DNA from: Octopus vulgaris | Taxonomy: Eukaryota | NCBI GenBank assembly: GCA_951406725.2 | Contig: OX597832.1 | Coordinates: 67,022,001-67,086,000 of the forward strand | Reading direction: 5' to 3' | DNA: 64,000 nt | Shown: positions 40,330-54,404 of the stretch, piece after piece | Layout: each line of letters starts with the position of its first letter | Position numbering within the stretch: the stretch's first letter is position 1 | Made by a program: the position numbers and the translations under genes | The notes under the pieces: generated by a model | Seen by the model: the letters and a program-made list of their open reading frames with translations, nothing else | What the model was told of the DNA's origin: nothing | The model's database searches: none

Positions 40330-41589
40330 CAGGGTAGGGAAGCAAAATTTAAAATGAACGTTAAGTTGTTTTTCTCAGCAGGAACTAAGTCAATTGTTTT
40401 GGAACCTAGCATATATTGATGTATTACCTTTTCAGAAGCGTTTGCCCATATGAGTAATCAGAAAGGCAAACGTCAAAGAGTGTGTGATTTGCTGAATGCA
40501 CGCGTCACACAAAAGGAGATTTCAAGAATAGTTGGAGTGTGCATAAAGAATGTTTATAACGTAAAGAATAGAATGACTATGAGCAAAACTATTACGAGGA
40601 AGTCTGGAAGTGGGGGAATCAACAAAAAATGTACCAACGATTTTATTAAAGCTCTCAAATACCAAATCATAAGGGATCCAGCTAAATCCACGAGGAAAAT
40701 GGCAATTGAACATGAGGTAAACAACAAGACCATTACAAATGCAGTAAAATATGATTTGAGGTTAAAATCTAACACAAGAACACCAAAACACTTGTTGACA
40801 ACAGCTATGAAGGAAAAGAGATTGGAAAGATGCAATAAATTTTTTACATGGTTCAAGAAAATGTCCCCCATTGTAACGACCTTCTCAGATGAAAAGATCT
40901 TCACTGTCGATACTGTTCTGAACCGTAGAAATGACAGATCTATCGCCAAATTGACAGATGAATTTAAGGGGAAGATTCAAAACAAAACATCTTCCTCAAG
41001 TTATGGACTTTTGGTGTTGTGGCTTCCGATGGAAGGAAAATGTTTATAGAATTCTACAAAGCTGATGAAAAGATCAATGTTAATACTTACTACAAGACTC
41101 TGAGATACCAGGTATTGTCATGGCTTAAAGCAAACTAATGGTAATTATGTTTGGACACAGGATGGTGCTCCAGCCCGCACAGCTAGAAAAATACAAGATA
41201 TCTGTAAATCCAACATTAGCAATTTTTTAAAATCCTGTTTATGGCCGCCTTCTAGCCCAGATCTAAACCCTCTGGATTATGCTATTTGGGGTGTTTAGAA
41301 CATGCTACCAATAGAACATCACGCAGCAGTGTCGACTCTCTTAAAGATACTATTAAAGAAGAATGGAAGAAGTTGTCTCCCGAACATTTCAGGAACACTT
41401 GTGCAAGTTTCAGGAAGCGTGTGAAGGCAGTTATTGAGAAAGAAGGAGGACAAATAGAATAAAAACATTTTTTATTATGTGAATTTTCTTCTGGCGAATA
41501 AATTCTCATGACTTTCAATAAACTAATTGATCATACACTGTCTTTGAATCCCTGCCTCAAAATATTGTAAATGTTGCTTCCCCACCCTG
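40330..41589 (+). mobile_element. Full-length Tc1/mariner element, DD37D (maT) family
   Basis: TIRs cagggt(a/g)gggaagcaa.attta.aat at both ends, with TA on each side; about 1.26 kb. Confidence 0.95.
40450..41462 (+). pseudogene. DD37D transposase pseudogene
   Basis: N-terminal HTH, FSDEK, then after frameshifts WTQDGAPA and WPPSSPDLNPLDY. I count 37 residues between the second and third Asp. Ends KEGGQIE*; internal stops. Confidence 0.93.
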
Positions 41590-42953
41590 TATATGTGTGC
41601 ATATATATGTATATATAATTATATACATATATATATATATATATATTATAATTGTTGTTCTTATCTTATTGTTCCTGGTATTGTTATTATTATCATTATC
41701 ATTACTATCCCCTTTCATCTTCATCATCAGCAACATTATCATAAAACCTCATCATCATCGTCATTATTGTTGTAACTGAGCAGCCATATAAATGATTGAA
41801 GTGAAATCTTTTTCGTATTAATATACTCATATCAATACTGCTATAGTTTAGAGAATCTGCACGAAAATCTCGACGTTTGAATCACAAATGTAAATTCTTT
41901 CTCATAAATTATGACATAGAGAAGCACTGTCCCTCCTATGTTAAGTCTTATTTCTCATGTATGTAAAGGCAGTACTGCATATAAGTGTCCGTATACCTGT
42001 GTGTGCGTATGTGCGTTTGTTTCAGTGTCTGGGTGTATTTGTTTATTTTCATGTCTGTCCGTGTTTGCATTTAATATTCAATGTATTTGTGTTTGTTCTC
42101 GGATGTGTATACTTATATCATTGAGCCTTTTTCTTCATTGACATTTCATGCTACTCCATAATTTTGTCTCTCTTACGATAAGTTGACCTTTGTTGAATAT
42201 AAAATATTGATTTCTAAATTTGGTATTTGATATCTGATTTACTGTCAACATAAACGATTTCGTGTTACGTTTTTCCTTTTATGAAAGCTAAACACAAATT
42301 AAATGAAGTTTGTTCCAAAGAATAAATGCTATGACCTGAAGCATATAAATTGGCAGACGTAACATCGAGCCCGTCTTTGTTGCTGGCAACTTTGTTTAAA
42401 CGAAAATATTAAAATTTAAGTTAACCAATTCTGACTAATTATGTAAAGCTACGCCCCCAAACTAGCAATGCTTATTCTATCATTTTCGTAAGCGACTTGG
42501 TGAATACATGCCATAATGTTTTTTGCATCTAACAAACTCGACAAAGACTTCTAAATACATCCACGTATTTAAAGACAGAATGATAGTCAGTAGCTACTCA
42601 AAATAAAATTAGAGACTCGTGTTCCAATTTCATGTATTGCTATTCCTTTGTAACTCATTATAAGTTAGAACTTATAAAAATCAGTGTGTTTCGGCTAGGG
42701 CTAGCCGTGGTTGAACCGATATAGAATCACAGTGGTTTTAGTCATGACCATCTCGTTTGTCGGATATACATTTCATATTAAATCTGGGATGAATACCACC
42801 TTTTATTTCTTTATTCAATCAGGTGCGAAATGTTGTCATCGATTTGGTTGTTAAGATTAGAAAATCTGTTGATCATCTGAAAGCATCCCCATTGGTCCCT
42901 AATATTTCTAGGCTAAAATACACAGTCAAAATACAATAGAATTTCAATGTATG

Positions 42954-43022
<69 letters not shown>

Positions 43023-43024
<2 letters not shown>

Positions 43025-43290
43025 TCACTAGAAAAGGCAGCCAAACTCAAACCGCTAAACAGTTGTAATTCTGAAATTGAAAGAGAAATAAAAACGTTTT
43101 TATTTCTCTTTCAATTTCAGAATTACAACTGTTTAGCGGTTTGAGTTTGGCTGCTCTTTCTAGTGAGTCGAATGTCCTATTATGGCCATTCCTTATATTG
43201 TTGAATGTATATTATATAGTCTTTGACTATCTTTTCTTTCTCGCAAGACTGCTGGTAGCGGAGAACTTTTTGCTACCTTTATATTTATTA
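43023..43290. repeat. Spacerless 146 bp palindrome (43023-43168) plus one-sided tail, between (TA)n tracts
   Basis: Centre aaaaacgttttt; the arms differ only at gaaaaggcagcc versus gaaagagcagcc. Confidence 0.95.
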
Positions 43291-43316
43291 ATATATATAT
43301 ATATATATATATATAT

Positions 43317-43425
43317 TTGAGTAGTTGAATGAATTATCTTGTTATGGATAATTCGATTAACTGATACCTGGGTGGCAAATTCACATCAGAGAGACACTGT
43401 TGAAGTTACTTGCTTTCGTGTGGAA
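43317..43425. mobile_element. Family B copy 2
   Basis: Homology to 14661-14763. Confidence 0.65.
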
Positions 43426-43453
43426 ATTTGTATGTTTTTTTTTTAATTATAAA

Positions 43454-44788
43454 TATATGAAAGAATGGAGTTGAACGACGAATTAACAAAATTCCTTTAT
43501 TTTCGACATATATTCCTTTGTAAGGAGTGACGTCAAAATGGTTGGCTGTAGAAGATTCTAGAAGGTTCTAAAGGTTCAAGGGTTCAAACGAAGTAGTAGA
43601 AGAGATGCATAAGAAATGGAAGGTGAAAGGGTGCAGGTCAAATGAATGGTGAATTTTCTTTTGTGAATGAGTGTCTGTATGTGTGGCTGTATATAACTGC
43701 ATTAATGTGTATGTGTGTATGTGTGTACGTGATTGTGTTTGTGGATGGGTGGATGTCAGAAAACAGACAGCGGTGAGGTGAACGGTTTGTGTCTGTGTGT
43801 TTGATTGTGCTTACTATAGATAGAGGGAAAGAGAGAGAGAAAGAGAGAGAAAGAGGAGGGCGAGGTATAGGGACAAAGGTAACACATACCTCACTGGATT
43901 GGGTAGTAGTTCTTTGAAAGTATAAAAAGACTTATTTGACTATGGGGGTGAAATATTTAAAAAAAAAGAGTTATATTAATTAAAATTCAAGGGGCTATCT
44001 ATATTAATCATTATTCAAATGAGTGAAAGGTGTATTTTTGGATCTCTCGACGATTGTATTTATTAAAGGGACTTTGGCGAACAAAATATGAAAAAGTTCG
44101 GAATTACAGACGCCACAATGTTTTCTGCCCTTATCAAACGGGAAGGACACCGACAATATGGACCATTCCAGTCAAATAAATCTTTTTATACTTTCAAAGA
44201 ACTGCTACCCAATCCAGTGAGGTATGTGTTACCTTTGTCCCTATACCTCGCCCTCCTCTTTCTCTCTCTTTCTCTCTCTCTTTCCCTCTATCTATAGTAA
44301 GCACAATCAAACACACAGACACAAACCGCTCACCTCACCATTGTCTGTTTTCTGACATCCACCTATCCACAAACACAATCACGTACACACATACAGACAT
44401 TAATGCAGTTATATACAGTCACACACACAGACACTCATTCACAAAAGAAAATTCACCATTCATTTGACCTGCACCCTTTCACCTTCCTATTCTTATGCCT
44501 CTCTTCTACTACTTCGTTTGAACCCTTGAACCTTTAGAACCTTCTAGAATCTTCTACAGCCAACCACAAAGGAATATTTTAAAGAGACACTCATTATCAC
44601 TATGGGCTTCGTGTGAGCAGTCATCTAAAAGTTTTTTGTGCATCTTGATGTTGACATAAATTCCTTGCTTTTCCTGATGAGAAAGCGGCATAATATACTC
44701 CTTATTCCTTCGCAATTAGGAATATGCAGCCTTCGAAACATATGTCGAAAATAAAAGAATTTTGTTAATTCGTCGTTCAACTCCATTC

Positions 44789-44797
<9 letters not shown>
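43454..44797 (+). mobile_element. Penelope-like element remnant with long inverted pLTRs (arms ~43454-43940 and ~44170-44797)
   Basis: Arms of about 0.5-0.6 kb are closely reverse-complementary; the right arm holds an intact hammerhead and ends in (TA)n. Confidence 0.85.
44669..44751 (+). ncRNA. Canonical type I hammerhead ribozyme motif
   Basis: ttttc-CTGATGA-gaa.gc.gcata...tatgc.gc.ttc-GAAA-catatg-TC-gaaaa; all core nucleotides present; predicted cleavage after C44746. Confidence 0.88.
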
Positions 44798-44841
<44 letters not shown>

Positions 44842-46614
44842 CATTTTTACTCTCATATGGAAAGATAGAACTTGGTTCTTAAGATAGGTTTCATATGTTA
44901 AGGTTTCATATGCCAATCAGTGCAGGTGTGGATGTGGATAAACTGGATGGTGTTATTGCTGCTGAGGCGCAGAACCTGCCTGTGCAGAGTATATCCTGCT
45001 ACAGATATTGAAAATACAAAATGAGAACAGATCATGTCGGTTTATTAAAATCATTACATGGTGGGAAATATATTGTCAACAGATATATCATCGCACGTTT
45101 TCCTCCTTTAAATAGAGATATCTTTTGCAAAACTAATATCTTTTTAAAAGTATTTGAATGGCGCTTCATAATATTAACGTTGTATTATTGTTTTATTTAT
45201 TATAGAATTACTAAAAACGATACTGAATATTTAAAATATCGGTTCTGTACTATTTATGTATTTTTACTAAATGTTTAGATTCATAGAAACTTACAATTTT
45301 TGTGCAATGGAGTTTGTCTTTTGGCCGAGTTCCTAATAATGCGACCCCCATCACCAGAACTTAAGAAATGTCTATTTGTACTAAAATTAACAATGAACAC
45401 TAAGTATTTTACGTTTATGAGTTTCAGTTTCAAGATTCCTGATGTGAAATTGTTATATTTGTAGAAAGTCTTTTTTTGTGCCAAATAAACAGATGTACGA
45501 TAATATCATTCTTTACTCGTTTAATTACATATTTTATTTAGCGTCTATTTTCCGAAAACCTTTTGTCACACATCTGGTTCCCCTTCAGCGTCACTTTCCG
45601 TTTTCCTGCATTTTCCCGCTTCATTTAGTCCATTCTAAATATTGATTATTCAAAAATTTATATCCATGTTATTATTAATACACTCATTTAATACATATAC
45701 ATCATTGAAATATAAATCCGGTGAATTCCGAAAAATATTATAAAAATTAAAAAATGACATTACAGTGAATGAACATTGTGGTCAAATTAAACAGGTTACA
45801 TCGCAATTTGATGGGTAAATAATTTGTAATATGCATATAATTTGAAACAGCTGATTACATCAAGTAATTAATGCTTCGGCTGAAACCTGGAGGGACTTAA
45901 TGCCAAAATGTGCCAAGGCTGGACTCTAACACAGGAATAAGAGCAACATATGCGTATAGAAGAGAGTATTGTGTTCGATGTTCTAATTCATTTCCTGCAA
46001 GATGAAGAAAAGAAAGCACAGTTTAAATAAATCCATTAACTCTTCTTTATCTATAGTCATAAGCTCTATGCAATAGGAATTACTTATAATGACATAATTC
46101 ATTCAGATGAAGTAGCTAATGCTTTATTTAATGTATATAAATTACTTAAGAATTACTTAGTCAACAATCATTAGACAAATCACAATGCGCGAGATTTCAT
46201 TTCAATAAGAAAACTTAAGAAATTGTCGTCATGTCGCCATAGATTATATTATTAAGTAGGAATGCAATGTTATGCAATGTTTGGCAATGCATTGATAACA
46301 ACTTTGTCTTTGCATATCTCGCACATTCTCTCTGTTTCTCGAACAATGCCAGTATTTACAATGTAATATGGTGTACTCATATATGCACACATACGCATGC
46401 ATGCAAAAGAACAACGCGCGCACATAATACACACACACAAAAGTACACACAAACGCATGCACTCTTTTGCACAGGCATATATGTATATATTTATATATAT
46501 ATATCCATAGTTACATATAGAAATAGACAAATAGCTAGATACATAGATAAATAAGTACATTTATAGGTCGCTAGAAAGATATATTCACGTATGCATGTGC
46601 ATGAATAAATAAAT

Positions 46615-46647
46615 ACATATATATATATATATATAACATATACATAT

Positions 46648-46696
<49 letters not shown>

Positions 46697-46707
46697 CATA
46701 TACATAT

Positions 46708-46758
<51 letters not shown>

Positions 46759-46795
46759 CATATACATATATCATATATATATATATATATATATA
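46615..46795. repeat. Higher-order repeat: (TA)n-acatatacatatatc, three times
   Basis: The same 15-nt interruption occurs three times within TA. Confidence 0.9.
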
Positions 46796-46796
46796 C

Positions 46797-47212
46797 TCAA
46801 AATAAGCAACAAGGATATCCAAGGTAGTGTAGTACAATCGTTTCATGCTACTTCATTTTATTAAACACTGTAAGTATTAAATTAGTTTTAAAATGTCGAA
46901 CATGCTTCAGCCACATATATAATTTTTTAATTAAACGGACAATGCACATTTTTATACTTATTGAAAGGAGTATAAAAATGTGCATTGTCCGTTATATGTG
47001 GCTGAAGATTGCTCGACATTTTAAAACTGATGTAATACTCACAGCGTTTAATAAGATGAAGTAGTATGAAACGATTGTACTACACTACCTTGGATATCCT
47101 TGTTGCTTATTTTGATTATAATCACCCCCTTTGATTTTATGGATAATACCATACCAAATTCTACAGTTTTTAACTTACGTACCATATTCACCTGAATCTA
47201 AATTTTGCTGTG
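46797..47212. mobile_element. Fold-back element, family C copy 2, with hammerhead and tail
   Basis: Inverted arms span 46797-47115, centred near 46962; the tail shares ataataccat and tacca..tca.ctgaat with 24075-24143. Confidence 0.88.
46997..47084 (+). ncRNA. Type I hammerhead motif (mildly decayed)
   Basis: tgtgg-CTGAAGA-ttgct...agtat-GAAA-cgattg-TA-ctaca. Confidence 0.7.
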
Positions 47213-47345
47213 TATATATATATATATAAATGCTCTAATATCCATACCACCTTGGTTTTTTAATTTCATTAGACAAAAAATTCATATGTATATATATATA
47301 CATATATACATGTGTTTTTCTCTCTGTGTGTGTGAAGAGCGTAGG

Positions 47346-47379
<34 letters not shown>

Positions 47380-47491
47380 TAATACAATTGTTCGTAATAT
47401 CCATACGACTTTGTTTATTTTAATCTTCGTTATATATATATATAAATTATATATATATATATATATATACATATATACATATGTGTGTGTG

Positions 47492-47527
<36 letters not shown>

Positions 47528-47552
47528 TCTATATCCATACCATATATACACA

Positions 47553-47613
<61 letters not shown>

Positions 47614-47614
47614 T

Positions 47615-48022
47615 GTTTTTGTGTAATGAGATAGTATATTATTAGACCATTTATAGAGAGAATGTTTTACAGATATTTCTAGAATATTAATTAATAATAA
47701 TATCCCTTCATCGGAAACGGTGTGAGAGGAAAAGTTAAGTTATAGTTTCGATGTGATATAAATAGAGGATGACGTGGAGGAAAGAAAATAGATGTAAGAT
47801 ATAACACTACATATCTTACATCTATTTCCTTTCCTCCACCTCACTCTCTATTTATATCACATCGAAACTATAACTTAACTGTTCCTTTCACACCGTCTCC
47901 GATGAAGGGATATTATTATTAATTTTATTAATTAATATTCTAGAAACACCTGTAAGACATTCTATCTATAAATGCTCTAATATCTATACCACCTTGTTTT
48001 TTTGTCTCATTACACAAACAAT
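47615..48022. mobile_element. Fold-back element with ~190 bp arms and a hammerhead variant
   Basis: Centre gtaagatat-aacactac-atatcttac; a further 3'-end fragment lies at 47224-47285. Confidence 0.9.
47895..47958 (+). ncRNA. Type I hammerhead variant (CCGATGA core)
   Basis: gtct-CCGATGA-agggatatta...taatattcta-GAAA-cacctg-TA-agac; CCGATGA is present in both arms. Confidence 0.7.
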
Positions 48023-48160
48023 TTATATATACACGCGCTGACATAGAACCAACGTTGAACCCTTTATTCGCAATATTACCGAATCTGGAACGTAACTATG
48101 GTCTGTCTATAGTACTTATTCAGCATTACCTGACACCTTTGGGTCTCAGTGACACTATTA

Positions 48161-48219
<59 letters not shown>

Positions 48220-49044
48220 GAGAGAGACACACACAGATAGATAGGAATACAGATGAGCATATTTTAAGTTTATAAATATGCGTTCCCATGATCTAAATCT
48301 TCTGCCAATTCACCAGTTATTTACAATATCTATGTGCACTCGTGTGCCTGAGCTTATGTGTGCCTACGTGTATATGCTTATCTGTGTGTTTGTGTGTGTG
48401 TATATTTAAAAGTGTACAAGTGTGTATGTGTATATACTGCAACACGTCACTCGGTTAAAAAAAAGGATTGACATAGAATCGCATATCTGCGCCTGATACA
48501 GTTAACTATGAGAGCTGAAGGATGAATTCATTACTGAACTTCCAGAATATACAATATTGGAAACAAATTCCTGAGTATTTGGTAAATTCTGAAAGGGATT
48601 TATGCCCTTAAAATGTAAAGAAATATGATTTAAATGTTATGTAAACATCTCCAAAGACACATTAAAAATCCATTATTACCCTTCTAACATTCAAACTAAA
48701 ATAACGTACAAAACGATAAGAATATTAACCTCGATAGATGTACAATAATGACAATATTTTTCTATTGGCCCATATGGCAGAGATATGTTCAAGAATCAAG
48801 ACCGAGGAAAATTATGCAAGTTATGGGGCAAAACTTGTGACAATAGATTTTAGTTGTTGCAGATTTGATGAATTATAATCAATAATGAAGAAACAACATT
48901 CTACTGAAAAGTGAATAAACAGAATATAGTCAGTGATCATATTTCAAATTCTAAAAACGCTAAAATTAGGCAGAGCGTGCAAAATTATTATAATCGAAAT
49001 GCAGCAATATCACTGTCAAGTGGATCATATTACTAAAGATAAAT

Positions 49045-49255
49045 AAGGCGGCCAACTGGCAGAATGCTTAAGAAAATGCTTAGCGGTATTTTGTCCATCT
49101 CTAGTTTTGGATCTCAAATTCCGCCAGGATCGACATTATCTCCTTTGGTTTAAGAGTCGATAAAATAATTTCCAGTTAAGCTCTGGTGTCGATATAATTT
49201 ACTTTTTACCCACAATCGGAATTGGTAGTTCTTCTGCCAAAATTTGACACCAATA
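49045..49255 (+). mobile_element. Copy of the 32651 SINE
   Basis: aaggcggccaactggcagaa..aaatgcttagcggtattt..caaattccgcc. Confidence 0.8.
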
Positions 49256-50606
49256 TCATTGCAGAAAAATCCAACTGCAAATTTATGCAGTTCAGTTCAG
49301 TATGGCAGAATTGCATGCTTTTATTTCTAAAGGGTCTCTCTTTAAAATCGTGTGTGAAATATATATATTTATATGCAAATAAAGGTTACAAACATCTTTC
49401 AGGGATAGCAAAATCGTATGAAAGTACTGTTTAATTGCCATGGTGGGTGACATGTCAAAGCATATAGACGAACAAATTTATGTGTGTATGTGTTTCCGCG
49501 TGCATGTGTGTGCGTGTCCGTCTGTATCTGTCCGTGCATGTGTGAGCGAGTCTTTGCGTGTGTGTATATCTATGTATAAATACATATATACGTATGTCTA
49601 TCAATCTCCGTATCTATCACCCGGAGGAATGAATGCATGAACATGATCTGCTCGATGTCGATGGCTACTACGGACTGTACTGTAATCATCCCAGCAATAC
49701 AGACTATCATGATATGAAACATGTGATTTGTGGAAATGCATGTAGCGATGCATCAAAATATTTATAAAGTTCATCCAAGGATTATTATTATTACTACTAT
49801 ATCTATCTATGTGTGCCTATGTGTGTGTATATTCAATATATGTGTGTCGGTGTGCATGTATGTATGACGGGTTTTCACATATTTTCCGTTTAATAAATTG
49901 AAACTCTTTAATCACAAGCCACTGATCTGCCCGTAGCAGTAGAATAAGTCCATTGTCGGTGCTGCTCAGTGAGATTAATCCTGAAACCATATTGTTGGAA
50001 TAAGATTTTTCAACGACACAGACATGCCCGAAGTTAAATTGCGAGAAACACGTGCAAAATAAGAAATAAGTACCAAAAACCGACCGTTATTGCAGGCATT
50101 ATATTCGATTACAATAAAAATCATTCCCTCTACTTTCCTACTTGCGTGCAAATACATGTACGAGCCGTATCTTTATTCTCTCTAAATAAACAAGCTCTAA
50201 CTGATATATATTAAACTTATAAATGTTCATAAATGTTAATTTAGATTAAAGTATCTCAATAAAGCCATATCATTGCATGTGCCATGCATACACGTGTGTG
50301 TATGGATGCATGCCTATGAATATGCAAAGAAAGAAACGCAGATTTTCATACACATACATATGTATATGAATGCCTACATTTCTATTCAAATACGTTTGTA
50401 CGTTTGTCTGTTGTGTGTATGCATATCTTTACATACATATATAAATATTGACATCATACATACATTCATATGTATAAATATATGTATACGTACACATACA
50501 CACAAATACACGCACGCACATTTATATATACATACGTACATTCATACATATATACATATACATACGTACATACATACATATATATATATGCACATGCATA
50601 CATACG

Positions 50607-50647
<41 letters not shown>

Positions 50648-51564
50648 GTTGTGTTACTTGTATCGTTGGCTGCGCCTAACTATATAATTAAATCGATCCA
50701 TATTTTCTCGCAGGCATCCGCGAGAAAAACATTAACGATATTTTCTTGAACGTAAAACAAACAGATTTATAGAATTTTATATCCGACACTTTCATTCTCA
50801 TTACTTGATCAGATAATTTTCTACTGCGATTTTCTGCGGAAGTACATATGGTGTGTTTAGTCATAGTTATCTGATATAGAATTTTAGGGATTTCGTACCG
50901 TTGTGTAGTAAGCATTTTCGTGTTTAACGATCGGTATTTAGAACACATAAACTCATACAAACATACATGCATATATACATATAAAACTTATATACATATA
51001 CATAATCTCTATATATACAGTCTACAGAAATAACTTCATTTCTTTATGAGCTTCTAGTTAGAAGCGTTTCTTTGTATGTATTATTTTTATGATTGCCAGC
51101 CTTCACAATTGATTGCGTTTGTGTATATGAATGCACAGGCCAGGACAACTTGTATAGATGAGTATAGAGGCAGTTTCTTGTGCTTGGTATGTCCTGCTCT
51201 TAAGCCGCCAAATGTTACCCAGTCAAAAAGAATAATCAGCAAAATCGGCCGATACGATGCAGTGAACCAGCATGCGTTGAAGTAAAAGCGGAAATACTGC
51301 CGGAAGAAATGTTTTGAAACAATTTGCCCAAAAACCTAACAATTTAGTAACTTCCCTTTCCTGTATCTGTACTTCATTATCTACCTAAATAAAAGATATG
51401 GAAATGGTTAATTTCATGGGGGTTTGAAATCAGATCGCAGGGCGTCGGAACAAAAGGTGCATGGCATTTAACCCTTCACTCTAAATAATATGCTACTTCA
51501 CCTCATTTCTACGCATACAAACACACCTACATAAATCAGCGTCATAAATACTAATATGAACCAT

Positions 51565-51905
51565 GGGAAGGTTTTATGGCTGAGTGGTAAGGGCGTTCGG
51601 GTTACTACACTCCTGAGGTTGTTCGAATACCAAACCGGGCTGTGTGTTGTGTTCTTCAGTAAGACACTTTATTTCTCATTACTCCAGTTCACTCAGTTGT
51701 GGAAATAAATTGCGTCTTAATCACTGTCAATCTGTTTCGATATTTTCCTTTCCCTTAGATAACATTGGTGGCGTAGAGAGGGAATAGTGGCATACATGCG
51801 CACTTGCTGGTCTTCCACAAAACGACCTTGTCCGGACTTGTGGCTTGGCGGTGATCTTACTAGGCGGAATCCCAATGTCATTCTGATCAAAGGGGATCTT
51901 TACGC
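51565..51905 (+). mobile_element. tRNA-derived SINE with a CORE-like block
   Basis: A box tggctgagtggt, B box gttcgaatac, then tgtgttcttcagtaagacacttt..ccagttcactcag. Confidence 0.75.
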
Positions 51906-52321
51906 CTTTTATATATGACCCTTAAGATGAGCTCGTTTTTATCCAGATCTTTCTGGTCTAGATAATCACATGCCATTATTCCTCTTTCTTCTTCCTTTCT
52001 ACGACAATTCTTAAAGCAATACTGTCCGCAAGAAAGAGAACAGAGAACAATCGCAAGTTGACTCAATGTCCTGGCTCATGTAGGTATTAAGGCCGCTTGG
52101 AAACATTGAAAATCGATTCTCCCCAACGCTGTGGGAGTGTTTCAAAATCTGTATTATGTGAAAATTATACCATTAATATTAACCAAATCACCTTCACATA
52201 AAATTTTGGTAAAAGGTCAGCAATTTCAATGACTTCGATCCTAGATCTGAACTGCTATATACTTTATCGATCTTGAAAAGGTGAAAGAAATAATAATAAT
52301 AACAATAATAATAATAATAAT

Positions 52322-52354
<33 letters not shown>

Positions 52355-52379
52355 AATAATCATAATAATTTTAACTAAA

Positions 52380-52758
52380 GTCACAAGGCTTGAAATTTCA
52401 AGGGAGGAGACTAGTCGATGACATCGATCCCATTGTTTCACTGGCGCTTAATTTAAAGGCCCCCCCCCCTACAAAATGAGAGGCTAAGTCAATCTAGGCG
52501 GGATTTGAACTCAGAACGTAATGCCGGACGTGCCAGCTCACCGCCTTCCTAATAAGTAACAATAATAATCCTTTCTGATAAAGGCACAAAGCCTGAATTT
52601 TTGTGGGGAGGGGGATAGACGATTATATCAACCCTATCGCTCAACTAGTACTTATTTCATCGACTCCTAAAGGATAAAAGTCAAAGTCGACCTCAGCGGA
52701 ATTTGAACTCAGAACGTAAAGACGGACGAAATGCCGCTAAACATTTTGCCTGGCGTTC

Positions 52759-52760
<2 letters not shown>
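52380..52760 (-). mobile_element. Two tandem copies of the 32651 SINE within (TAA)n tracts
   Basis: atttgaactcagaacgtaa occurs twice; gccagctcaccgcctt 5' end. Confidence 0.85.
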
Positions 52761-52818
<58 letters not shown>

Positions 52819-54327
52819 CAACGGTAATTATATATAGCTTTCTAAGACTGAGGAAAAATGTTGTGCTCAAAGCTGGGAAGTCGTGCGTCGTTACTTCGAC
52901 TTCCTTGTTCAGGATCCTCAGGCAGATTCAGTTTTAAATAAATGAAATACACTGCTATATACCTACCCACACATATACGTACACCGACATGTATATACTC
53001 GTATATGTGCGGGGGGGGGGGGGTCTGTTGAATGTACGTGCATATGAACATGTGTATAACATGTATACACACACGCACACACGCGCGCGTATATATGCAA
53101 TTATTAAAGCGTTCGTTCGCCTTTAGCATATATATTATTATTTTGCAGTGATGATCTAATGACTACTATTGTATAATTCTTTCCCTTCAGTGAAATACCT
53201 GAAATTCATAACTTGTTTCTTCATGCCCACCGAACTGTACACCTCTCTATTGGTCTCTGGTATTCTCCTCTCATTCCGTTGCTATTTACACACGTACATA
53301 TATACATACATAACAATACATAGCCCTACAGAACCTTACATATTTAGATATATACATACATATACATGAAACATTCTTCACGCATATTTCCTGGTTTCTA
53401 CACTTGGTGTAAGCTCTTATATGTGCAAATATGTTAGTGCTTTGACTAAGAGTGTGAGTGTATACAATGTGTGTGTATGTGTGTGTGTGAACGTATGCCT
53501 CCTATATATTAAGGCAATTTCACATGTAATTATTAACTGACAGCTCTTCCAAAGTGTACCCATGTTCAATTGAGCATAGATACAACCATGTGACACCCGA
53601 CGCATAAACACATATATGCATATAAGGGTGTGTGTAAATAAATATACACACATATGTGAGTATATATTTATTCTTACACATGCATTTTTATATATGTATG
53701 TGTGTGTATGCATGTATGTATATCCTTATACGTATCTATTTGTATCTATCTATCTATATATCTATATATATATATAGAGACAGAGAGATAAATAGATAAA
53801 CAGAGGTAGATAATGAGAGAGACAGACAGAGAAAAGGAGTGAGAAAAACGTGTGTGTATGTATATAATATATATATATATATTTGTTATATACCTACCTA
53901 CATACATATATACATACACATACACACACGTATATGAGTAAAGTAGGCAGCAATATCTCTGTATGCGAGACTATATATTATTTGTTCATTACTTACGCAG
54001 AGTGCACTTCTCTTAATTACATCGTATTCAAGCAAAATTGTCCAGTATCATCTGCAGACTGAATTATACGTTAGTATTCAATACAAGTGTATAAAGCGAA
54101 CATTTATTAAATATAAAATAAATAGTATTTACTTATATGGAAATACGTCCTGTTATTTTCCCTTTGCCGACATATTTTTATGTTGGCAACTATATTGCCG
54201 AGTTTGTCTTCAAAGCACTCTTTCCTCTCTCTTACCCTCTCTCCCTCTATGTATGTCTCTATTTCTCTTTTTCTAAGAATTTATATAATTGTGCCTCTAT
54301 GTGTACGCGTTAGATATGTACGTATGC

Positions 54328-54404
<77 letters not shown>

